From Alphaproteobacteria bacterium (lineage in GTDB: Bacteria > Pseudomonadota > Alphaproteobacteria > SHVP01): a stretch of DNA of 64,000 bases. The notes under the pieces were generated by a model, which was not told the DNA's origin, made no database searches, and saw only the letters and a program-made list of their open reading frames with translations. The position numbers and the translations under genes are program-made. The stretch covers positions 76,746-140,745 of the forward strand of contig JAVJOO010000003.1 in assembly GCA_040216735.1 (NCBI GenBank), in the 5' to 3' direction. Of this stretch, positions 56,366 to 64,000 are shown one piece after another (positions within the stretch are counted from its first letter, which is position 1; each line of letters opens with the position of its first letter).

Positions 56366-58072
56366 TTACGCAACGGGCGCGACCAACGGGCCGAGCAGCG
56401 TCCAAGGCCGGCTCGACACCACATCGGTCTTCAAGGTCACCGTACGGTTGCCCGCGGTCGATGGGTCGACGGTTGCCAGCGTCAGCCCCGGCGCGTTTTC
56501 GGCCAGCGTCACATTGGGATAGTTGATATCGCCGTTGAACGGCCGCGACCATTCGGTCCACAAGGTGAAATCCTTGTCGGGCGCGGCGATCATCGCGACT
56601 CCGGCCGCGCTGGCGTGGCTTCCGGCCACCACCGTGAGGCGGTTCTCGGCGGCGCGTTCGGCGATCCCGAACTCGTTCTCCCAGCGCTCGACGATTGCGG
56701 TCGGCGCGGCGACAACCTCGACGTCTTGCAAGGCGGCAAGGCGAAACGTTTCGGGATAGATCGTGTCGCCGCCGGTCGCGATGGCCATTCGGCCCCAGGG
56801 CAAATCCACCGTCGCAATCCCGTCGCCCAGAGAGTCCGCCCACGGATGACGACCGCACCCGTGCAACTGGGGCTGGCGCAGCACGATTCCGTCCGCGCCG
56901 ATGGCGACGCCGGTATGGCGAAAACGGGCCCCTTCGCGTTCGACGATGCTGGTCACGACAACGGTCGTACGCCCGGCAAGGGCGCCTTGGATCGCCGCCA
57001 CTGTCGCTTCGGCCTGCACCGCTGCCGCCACAGGTTCGACCGCTCCGTCCGCAACATCGACAAGCTCGGGTAGGACGAGGAGGCCAACCGCCGGATCGAG
57101 GTCGCCGATCGCCGTCAGCACTTCTGCCAGCGCGGCGGCGCCGGTTGCCGCCGGTTGATAGACCCCGACCTGGAGAGTGTCGCTCTTCGCGCGGTAGCTG
57201 CGCGCCGCGGGTGCTTCGGCGATCGGGCCATAAAGATCGGGCCGCCGGTTGCGAAACACGTGAGTGCCGTCCGGGCGCAGCTTGAGGTCGGCGTCGCCGA
57301 CCTCAATATCGGCAACGACGACCGCTTCGCCGGATTCGGGCGCCCGTGCCAACACCGTGCCATCGGGTGCAACGATTTGGCTCTCGCCGGCACCGTTCAA
57401 CCGTTCCGGCGCTATCTTCAGCTTTGCCGCAACGCCGTCGGCCATCCCTGGCGGCACCAGCGGCCCCACTTTGTTGGCTGCCACGACGAAGGTCCGGTTC
57501 TCTGCCGCGCGCACCGGGATATGCAGCGTCGCTTCGTCGTTAGCGAAGGAGTTGAGCGTGTTACACATGATCTGTGCGCCACGCAGGGCTACGCATCGCG
57601 GCGTTTCGTTCATCACCCCGTCCATGCACGAAAACATGCCGATCTTGCCGATTGCGGTCTCGGTGATCGGGCCGAGTTCGGTGGCGCGTTCCAGCCAGTT
57701 GTTTTCGCCGCCCATCAGAACCTGCTTGTCGGAGTCCGCAAGCCGTGTTCCCTCGGGGCCGAACAAAATATTGGTGCTGGTCACGCCGTTGTTGCGTCGG
57801 CGCACCGTGCAATTGATGACGATGAAGCACCGGTGTTGTTTTGCCTTGGCCGCAATTGCGGCAGTGAAAGGCCCATCCAACGGCACCGCAACCGCGTAGC
57901 AATGTTCGTTGTCGTCGTACCACGAGCAATGGTTGACGAATTCCGGCAATACCATCAGGTCCGGTTGGTGGGTTGCGGCCTCGTCGATCATCCGCAGGCA
58001 GGTGGCGAGATTGGCCTCGACATCGATGCCGGCACCCAGTTGGACGGCGGCCACACGAACGGTGTTCTTCAT
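56366..58072 (-). CDS. tandem carbon-nitrogen hydrolase (nitrilase-superfamily) fusion protein; second domain appears degenerate
   Basis: Domain 1: VRVAAVQL, LPEF (Glu), DKQVL (Lys), GMFSCMDG (Cys). Domain 2: VLPELV but LRQPQLH (Lys to Gln) and MAIATGGD (Cys to Thr). ATG 58072 with GAGGAA RBS. Confidence 0.8.
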   Translation of the reverse strand: MKNTVRVAAVQLGAGIDVEANLATCLRMIDEAATHQPDLMVLPEFVNHCSWYDDNEHCYAVAVPLDGPFTAAIAAKAKQHRCFIVINCTVRRRNNGVTSTNILFGPEGTRLADSDKQVLMGGENNWLERATELGPITETAIGKIGMFSCMDGVMNETPRCVALRGAQIMCNTLNSFANDEATLHIPVRAAENRTFVVAANKVGPLVPPGMADGVAAKLKIAPERLNGAGESQIVAPDGTVLARAPESGEAVVVADIEVGDADLKLRPDGTHVFRNRRPDLYGPIAEAPAARSYRAKSDTLQVGVYQPAATGAAALAEVLTAIGDLDPAVGLLVLPELVDVADGAVEPVAAAVQAEATVAAIQGALAGRTTVVVTSIVEREGARFRHTGVAIGADGIVLRQPQLHGCGRHPWADSLGDGIATVDLPWGRMAIATGGDTIYPETFRLAALQDVEVVAAPTAIVERWENEFGIAERAAENRLTVVAGSHASAAGVAMIAAPDKDFTLWTEWSRPFNGDINYPNVTLAENAPGLTLATVDPSTAGNRTVTLKTDVVSSRPWTLLGPLVAPVA

Positions 58073-58402
58073 TATTTCCTCAACGCTGCGGAGCGGGACT
58101 GTCGCCCTCAGGGGCGACCCATGATGCACTCAAAAGGTCGGTTTTCGCGGCGAAAGCCAAGTCCGCCGGGGTCGCCCGCCCACGTCGCGAACCCGCGGGC
58201 TGCGGTAGGTTGCCTGGGAAGCCGGTATAATTGGCGGAAAACAAGGATTCTTCCCACCCCTCACACCGCGATTGCGGTCGGAAAAGACCCTGCCGAATAC
58301 GCATTCTTACGGATTTCAAGTACTCCACTACCGATTATTATCCGGAAGCTTTTTTAGTGCCCCCTTCCGGGGCGTGTTTTGGTCGATTGTTGAGGATCTA
58401 CA

Positions 58403-59671
58403 ATGAAATTGAATGTCATTCCCGCGGTTGCCGCGGCAGCTGTTTGCGCCACGGTGTTGAGCGCTACCGCGCAAGCCCAAAGCGAGAGCGAGCGTATTAA
58501 GGCGCTCGAGGCAATGATCCAAAAGCAACAGGCCCAGATCGAGACGCAGCAAAAACTGCTCGAGGAAATGCATACGGCGCTCAAGTCCGTCCAGGAAAGC
58601 GGCCAGGGCGAGGGCACTGGGCGCAATCGTGTGGTTCTCTCGCGCGACGACAAAGTCAAGTTGTCGATCGAGGGCCAGGTCAACCGGGCGATGCTGTACT
58701 ACAACGACGGTAACAAGAGCGCTGTCCGGCACGTTGATAACGGCGCCTCGTCCACGCGATTGGCGTTCAAAGGCAGCGCGCAGGCGACCGACGATCTCTC
58801 GCTTGGCGCCACCATCGAAGTGCAGTTCGAATCCAACTCGACCGGCACCGTCAATCAGGCCGACAACACCGCCGTCGGCACCGATAGCTTTACGCAGCGC
58901 AAGCTCGAGATCTACGCTTCCAGCGAACGCTTTGGCACCATCGCGATGGGCCAGGGCGATACCGCCACCGACGGGATGAGCGAATCCGATCTTTCAGGAA
59001 CGGACCTCGTCGGCTATGCCGCTGTCGCCGACGCGGGCGGCGGTCTGTCATTCGCGACGTCGCGTACAGGCGCCATTACCGGCAACCCGACTGTCGGCGG
59101 GGTCTTCGACAACCTCAACGGCCTCGGTCGCGACGACCGGTTGCTTTACGAGACGCCGAACTTCCGCGGCTTGACGCTCGCCACTTCGGTGATCGACGGC
59201 GGTGAATGGGACGTCGCGGCAAGCTACGGTGCGAGCTACGACAGCCTTACCGTCAACGCCAAGCTCGGCTACGCCAACCAGTCCGGGACCCAGACCTTCC
59301 CCGAGACCATCCTCGGCGGCTCTCTCGCCGTGCTCCACAAGAGCGGGTTCAACTTCGCCGCCGGGACAGGCAAGGGCGACGACAGCGACTCGACCCGCGA
59401 CGCGCAATCCTTCGCCTATGGCAAGGTCGGCTACATCGCGCAAGATCTGTTCCGCTTCGGCGCTGCGCACTTCTCGGTCGATTACGGCCGCTACGACAAC
59501 GCTGCTGCCAATAACGACGAAGGTACGGCGATGGGCTTCCAGTTTGTGCAGTCGTTGGACGACTTCGGGACCGAACTCTATGCCGGTTACCGGCGCTACG
59601 AGCTCGATCGCCCTGGTTCGTCCTTTGACGACATCGACGTCGTCCTCGCCGGTGCGCGTGTGAAGTTCTAA
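58403..59671 (+). CDS. outer-membrane porin (alphaproteobacterial porin family) with N-terminal coiled-coil region
   Basis: Signal peptide MKLNVIPAVAAAAVCATVLSATAQA, beta-strand-rich body, C-terminal aromatic ...AGARVKF. Confidence 0.8.
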   Translation: MKLNVIPAVAAAAVCATVLSATAQAQSESERIKALEAMIQKQQAQIETQQKLLEEMHTALKSVQESGQGEGTGRNRVVLSRDDKVKLSIEGQVNRAMLYYNDGNKSAVRHVDNGASSTRLAFKGSAQATDDLSLGATIEVQFESNSTGTVNQADNTAVGTDSFTQRKLEIYASSERFGTIAMGQGDTATDGMSESDLSGTDLVGYAAVADAGGGLSFATSRTGAITGNPTVGGVFDNLNGLGRDDRLLYETPNFRGLTLATSVIDGGEWDVAASYGASYDSLTVNAKLGYANQSGTQTFPETILGGSLAVLHKSGFNFAAGTGKGDDSDSTRDAQSFAYGKVGYIAQDLFRFGAAHFSVDYGRYDNAAANNDEGTAMGFQFVQSLDDFGTELYAGYRRYELDRPGSSFDDIDVVLAGARVKF

Positions 59672-59826
59672 TGGCCTACGCTCGGACCCTTCTTGCGGCG
59701 ATTTTCGTCATTGCGACACTTGCTGCGTGCGGCACACCGACGCCGCGCCATGTCGTCGGCGAAATCCCGCCCGGGCCCGGCTTGCTGACCGGGGACAAGG
59801 GCGAGTTCGTCGTCCACAAAAGGTAG
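59671..59826 (+). CDS. mini-lipoprotein (51 aa) translationally coupled to the porin gene
   Basis: ATG overlaps the porin TAA (TAATG); MAYARTLLAAIFVIATLAACGTPTPRHVVGEIPPGPGLLTGDKGEFVVHKR with lipobox LAAC; absent from the ORF track (under 60 aa). Confidence 0.4.
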   Translation: MAYARTLLAAIFVIATLAACGTPTPRHVVGEIPPGPGLLTGDKGEFVVHKR

Positions 59827-59897
59827 TCGTTCAATAGGGCAATCGAGGCCCGTGAGGAAAAGCCGGAGACGGCGCGGCTCAAGCCGAGGAGTTACCG

Positions 59898-62291
59898 ATG
59901 AAAGCGTTCGATTCGATCCGCAACAAACTGATCGCCATGCTGTTCTTGTTCGGCGTAGTCCCTGCACTTTTTGTTTTCTTCGAATCGACCGCGATCGATA
60001 AAGCCTTTCGATCCTCCGTCGAGGAAGGGTTCTCGATCTACGCCGAGAACTTCATCGATGTGATCGACCGCAACCTGTTCGAACGCTACGGCGACGTTCA
60101 AGCCTTCACCAAAAACGAAGCCGCCCATCTCGAAGAGAACTGGAGCTACCATACCGACGACAATCCGCTTGTCGCCGCGATGAACGATTACACGGCGCTC
60201 TACGGGATTTACCAGCTGATGATCATGGTCGACCTCGACGGGAAGGTCATTGCCGCCAACTCCAAGAATCTTCGCGGCGAGCCGCTCGATGTCGAGTTTC
60301 TCTATGGCAAGAATTATTCGCAGACCCCTTGGTTCCAAAACGCTAAGGCCGGTAACTACCTTGAAGGCACCAACGGTCTGACGGGAACGGTTGTCGAGCA
60401 GCCGGCGTACCACGAAGAGGTCGCGCGCGTTTATGGCGGCGACGGATACTCGATGATCTTCGCCACGCGCGTGATCGACCCGAAGGGTCGGCATCTTGGC
60501 TATTGGGCGAACTTCGCCGACTGGGGCTTGGTCGAGGACATCGCCAAGCAACAGTACGCCTCGCTCGCTGAGCGCGGGTTCGAGGGCGCGGAACTAACGT
60601 TGTTGGACCCCGACGGGGTCGTCATTGTCGATTACGATCCTTCGACCAGCGGATCTCGCGACTACACGCGCAACCGCGATGTGATCGGTAAGCTCAACTT
60701 GGCGACTGCGGGCGTCTCTGCAGCCCAGGCTGGCGTTCGCGGCGAAAGCGGGGCGATGGTCGTCACGCACGCGCGCAAGCAGATCGATCAGGTCGCCGGT
60801 TTTGCCCATACCCACGGGGCTTACGATTATCCGGGCACCGGTTGGACCGCCTTGGTGCGCGCACCGGTGAGCGAAGCCTATCCGGCCATCGATTCGACCC
60901 GCCGCCTCATGATCATTCTTCAGATCATCGCCGCGCTGGTCATCCTCGTGGCTGGCTGGTTCATCGGTTCGCGGTTCGCCCGACCGGCGGTCCGGCTGAC
61001 CGGGGCGATGGGCGTCCTCGCGGGCGGCGACCATCAGGTCGAAGTTCCCGAAACCGATCGGCGCGACGAATACGGCGCGATGGCGAAGGCGGTCCAGGTG
61101 TTCAAGGACAACGCGATCGAAAACGCCCGCCTCCAAAGCGAGGTCGAGGACGCGCGCGCCCGCGATGAAGCGGCACGGGCGGCGCGCCAAGCTGAACAGG
61201 AGGCGGTCGTCTCCAATCTTGCCGCGGGCCTCGCGTCGCTCGTGCGCGGCGATCTGACCCACCGGATTGCAGCGGACTTCCCGGGCGATTACGCCAAACT
61301 TAAGGAAGACTTCAACGCGACGGCCGACCGCCTTAGCGAAATCGTCGGCGACATCCGCGCCGCGGCGGATCAGATCGGCAATGCCGCCGGTGAAATCTCC
61401 CAAGGCACCGACGATTTGGCCGGCCGGACCGAACAGCAAGCCGCCAATATCGAGGAAACCGCGGCGGCGATGGAGGAGATGACCTCGACCGTCCAGAAGA
61501 ACGCCGAGAACGCCAGTGCATCGACGAAATTGGTGGGCGATACGCGCGGCGGAGCGGAATCGGGCGGCGAAATCGTGCGCGAGGCGGTGACGGCCATGAG
61601 CGCGATCGAAACCTCCTCGAAGGAAATCGGCGAGATCGTCAACGTCATCGACGACATCGCTTTCCAGACCAATCTGCTCGCGCTCAACGCCGCCGTCGAG
61701 GCGGCCCGGGCCGGCGATGCCGGCAAGGGCTTTGCCGTGGTCGCGTCCGAAGTGCGGTCCCTGGCGCAACGCTCCAGTGAAGCGGCCAAGGAAATCAAGG
61801 CGCTCATCGACAAGAGCAACAACCAAGTCACCTCGGGTGTTCGCCTCGTCAATCAAACTGGCGATGCGCTCGCCGGGATCATCGAGGGCGTCCAAAAGGT
61901 CTCCGCGATCGTCACCGAAATCGCCCAGGCGAGCAGCGAACAGGCCACCGGCTTGGTCGAAGTGAATTCAGCGATCGGGCAGATGGACGAAATGACGCAG
62001 CAGAATGCGGCCATGGTCGAAGAAAACACCGCCGCCGCGCGCTCGCTTGCAGGCGAAGCGTCTCAGCTTGTGCAACTGATTTCGTTCTTCAAGGTCAACC
62101 AGGCTGCGGCGGCGCCGCAAAAGGCCTTGGCTGCGCCGCCCAAGAAAGCGGCGCTACCCAAGTCGCCGGCCGCGCCCGCGGCGAAGCCTAGCCAAAAGCC
62201 CGCGGCGAAACCGGCCGCGAAGCCAAAGCCCGCGGCCCCGGCACGGGCGGCCATCGCCGACGATAGCCACGACGACTGGGCGGAGTTCTAG
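59898..62291 (+). CDS. methyl-accepting chemotaxis protein (dCache-like periplasmic sensor, HAMP, MA domain, C-terminal DWAEF pentapeptide)
   Basis: TM1, about 300-aa periplasmic domain, TM2, HAMP, methylation/signalling domain ([40 protein letters not shown]), Ala/Pro/Lys-rich tail ending DDWAEF; RBS GAGGAG. Confidence 0.9.
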   Translation: MKAFDSIRNKLIAMLFLFGVVPALFVFFESTAIDKAFRSSVEEGFSIYAENFIDVIDRNLFERYGDVQAFTKNEAAHLEENWSYHTDDNPLVAAMNDYTALYGIYQLMIMVDLDGKVIAANSKNLRGEPLDVEFLYGKNYSQTPWFQNAKAGNYLEGTNGLTGTVVEQPAYHEEVARVYGGDGYSMIFATRVIDPKGRHLGYWANFADWGLVEDIAKQQYASLAERGFEGAELTLLDPDGVVIVDYDPSTSGSRDYTRNRDVIGKLNLATAGVSAAQAGVRGESGAMVVTHARKQIDQVAGFAHTHGAYDYPGTGWTALVRAPVSEAYPAIDSTRRLMIILQIIAALVILVAGWFIGSRFARPAVRLTGAMGVLAGGDHQVEVPETDRRDEYGAMAKAVQVFKDNAIENARLQSEVEDARARDEAARAARQAEQEAVVSNLAAGLASLVRGDLTHRIAADFPGDYAKLKEDFNATADRLSEIVGDIRAAADQIGNAAGEISQGTDDLAGRTEQQAANIEETAAAMEEMTSTVQKNAENASASTKLVGDTRGGAESGGEIVREAVTAMSAIETSSKEIGEIVNVIDDIAFQTNLLALNAAVEAARAGDAGKGFAVVASEVRSLAQRSSEAAKEIKALIDKSNNQVTSGVRLVNQTGDALAGIIEGVQKVSAIVTEIAQASSEQATGLVEVNSAIGQMDEMTQQNAAMVEENTAAARSLAGEASQLVQLISFFKVNQAAAAPQKALAAPPKKAALPKSPAAPAAKPSQKPAAKPAAKPKPAAPARAAIADDSHDDWAEF

Positions 62292-62362
62292 ATCGCGTTG
62301 CTGCCCGCGGGCCGGATGATCCCGATGTCGCCCGCGACACGGCGGAACCGCCCGATCTAAAC

Positions 62363-62387
62363 TCCCCCTCCACTTCACGGAGGGGGA
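62363..62387 (+). promoter_or_regulatory. stem-loop sequestering the Shine-Dalgarno of the downstream gene
   Basis: tccccctcc-acttcac-ggaggggga; the 3' arm is the SD (GGAGGGGG) 5 nt before ATG 62392. Confidence 0.35.
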
Positions 62388-62391
62388 CGAC

Positions 62392-63303
62392 ATGAGCCGA
62401 TTTGGCATGGGGCCGATCCTAGCGGCAACCGTCACGGTTACCGATTTGCCGGCCGCGGTGGCGCGCTACACCAAAACCGTCGGTTACGAAACCGCAGGGA
62501 CGGGTCGGGTAGCCGGTGCCCAAGCAGCGGCCTGGGGCGCGCCCGCAATGGCGGATCGGCCCTACCATTTGCTGCGTCCGGCGAGCGGCGAACCGGGGTG
62601 GATCAGATTGGTCCAGGGTACCCGGCCTCCCGCCTTCAGGCCGCTCGCCCATTTTGGTTGGGCCGCCATTGAAATCCTGTTGCGCGACACCGATGCCATG
62701 CATGAACGCATGAAGGGAAGCGACTTCACGATTATCGGCGAACCGCACCCGCTCACGTCGTCACCCGAGATCAAGGCGATGCAGGTCGTGGGCCCCGACG
62801 GCGAAGCGCTTTACCTCACCAACGTGCCCAAGGGCGCAAGCCCACTACACGAACTGCCACAGCCCCAGAGCGATATCGACCGCATTTTCATCATGGTGCT
62901 GGGTGTGCCTGACTTCGCGGCGACCCATGCCGACTTTGCGGCGCGCTTCGGGGTGGCCAAGACCAGCGAACGGACCCGCGGCATCAACTTCGTCGGTGCC
63001 GGCTACGGTTTGGAGGATCTCGGCAAACCGCTGCCGATGTCGACCGTGCAACTCGATGGCCGCTGCGTGATCCAGGTCGACGGTATGCAACCCACGGCGA
63101 CGCCGCGGCCCTGCACCAACGGCGAATTGCCGCCCGGCATTGCGATTGTTTCGATCGCCCGGGCGGCGGACCCGGCGCTCGCAGCCGACGCATTGGGCCC
63201 GACGTATACGGGCGACGCAGCATGGCCTTACCTCGGTGCGGGTGCGCTCACCGTGCGCGGTGCCGGTGGCGAACTTTACGAAATGGTCGATACGACCGGT
63301 TGA
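62392..63303 (+). CDS. hypothetical protein, VOC/glyoxalase-fold-like (two modules)
   Basis: ATVTVTDLPAAVARYTKTVGYE... and AIEILLRDTDAMHERMKGSDFTIIGEPH...VVGPDGEALYL resemble paired beta-alpha-beta-beta-beta modules. Confidence 0.5.
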   Translation: MSRFGMGPILAATVTVTDLPAAVARYTKTVGYETAGTGRVAGAQAAAWGAPAMADRPYHLLRPASGEPGWIRLVQGTRPPAFRPLAHFGWAAIEILLRDTDAMHERMKGSDFTIIGEPHPLTSSPEIKAMQVVGPDGEALYLTNVPKGASPLHELPQPQSDIDRIFIMVLGVPDFAATHADFAARFGVAKTSERTRGINFVGAGYGLEDLGKPLPMSTVQLDGRCVIQVDGMQPTATPRPCTNGELPPGIAIVSIARAADPALAADALGPTYTGDAAWPYLGAGALTVRGAGGELYEMVDTTG

Positions 63304-63310
63304 AACGGCA

Positions 63311-64000
63311 TCAGGCTGCTTCGAGTCCGTCGCGCCCGTGGGGCGCGCCGAAATCGACGATCGGCCCCTTGGGCACGATACCTGTCGGATTGCGTTCCGC
63401 GCTCATCGAGTAGTAGCCGGCTTTATAGATGCCGGTGTCGACGGTCTCGGCAACGCCCGGGATCTGGTAAAGTTCGCGCACATAGCCAGAAAGGTTCGGA
63501 TAGTCGCGAATCATCCGCTTGTTGCACCGAAAGGCCCCGTAGTAGGCCACATCGAACCTGACCAGTGTGGGCAACACCCGAATGTCGGCTTCGGTGAGCG
63601 TGGCTCCGGCGATATAGCGGTTCGCCGCTAGGTGCATATCCAGCGCATCCAGGATTTCGAAGACATCGTCGTAGGCCTGCTCATAGGCGCTTTGGGTGCG
63701 CGCAAAACCGGCGCGGTAAACGCCGTTGTTCAGGTTCGCATAGGTGCGCGCGTTCCAGTCGTCGATGACCGGACGCAGGTTGTGCGGATAATAGTCGTGC
63801 GATGTATCGGCCCAGGCGTCGAAGGCGCTGTTCAGCATCCGGATGATCTCCGAGGATTCGTTGCTGACGATCACGCCGCGTTCAGTGTCGAACAGAACCG
63901 GGACGGTCACCCGCCCAGTATAGTCGGGATGGGACAGCGTGTAGATCTCGTGCAGGTGGGCCTTGCCGAACAGATCGTCGGCGTATCCCTCCGCCGGCGC
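63311..64000 (-). CDS. Xi-class glutathione S-transferase (YqjG/ECM4, glutathionyl-hydroquinone reductase-like); N-terminus beyond window end
   Basis: Reverse frame reads through the window end: ...YTGRVTVPVLFDTERGVIVSNESSEIIRMLNSAFDAW...; C-terminal alpha-helical GST domain; stop at 63311. Confidence 0.8.
   Translation of the reverse strand, partial: APAEGYADDLFGKAHLHEIYTLSHPDYTGRVTVPVLFDTERGVIVSNESSEIIRMLNSAFDAWADTSHDYYPHNLRPVIDDWNARTYANLNNGVYRAGFARTQSAYEQAYDDVFEILDALDMHLAANRYIAGATLTEADIRVLPTLVRFDVAYYGAFRCNKRMIRDYPNLSGYVRELYQIPGVAETVDTGIYKAGYYSMSAERNPTGIVPKGPIVDFGAPHGRDGLEAA

Noticed and set aside
23035-58129. Mobile-element boundaries (integrase, transposase, tRNA attachment site, flanking direct repeats) for the accessory-like region
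   Set aside because: No integrase, transposase or recombinase-like ORF and no tRNA gene found; island status therefore rests only on gene content and paralog density.

Overview
This 64-kb window looks like a high-GC (about 62%) alphaproteobacterial chromosome. Signature genes are the AapJQMP general L-amino-acid ABC transporter, a cytochrome c2-like gene, KorAB 2-oxoglutarate:ferredoxin oxidoreductase, a porin ending in Phe, and an MCP ending in DWAEF. I call about 60 protein-coding genes and found no rRNA, tRNA, CRISPR array, transposase or integrase. From 1 to 23 kb the content is housekeeping: a Tat-secreted family-5 substrate-binding protein, a CHASE2 adenylate cyclase plus GAF-HD-GYP phosphodiesterase operon, the aap operon with a coupled PAT-like GNAT acetyltransferase, an Mla/Mce-type ABC system with a STAS-fused permease, an ADP-ribosylglycohydrolase, ferredoxin-NADP reductase plus KorAB, and an atypical receiver plus Hpt pair. 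From 23 to 58 kb the region is accessory-like and dense in enzymes, with repeated gene-family expansions. There are three paralogous two-domain SAM methyltransferases at separate loci. There are four paralogous proteins that each carry two alpha/beta-hydrolase-fold domains (eight domains), arranged as two tandem gene pairs, with a non-canonical residue at the nucleophile position. Also present are two PuuE-like deacetylases, an isochorismatase, two CoA-transferase families, an ICL/PEP-mutase-family enzyme, a class II aldolase, an AhpD-like protein, VOC, ABM, LLM and SDR enzymes, a tandem carbon-nitrogen hydrolase, NTF2-like proteins, and a UbiX with no UbiD partner in view. The right end carries a porin with a coupled mini-lipoprotein, the MCP, a VOC-like protein and a partial Xi-class GST. 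Start codons were refined from the ORF track using RBS and overlap logic; the track treats GTG and TTG as start codons. I ran no database searches, so every functional call rests on motif and family recognition.
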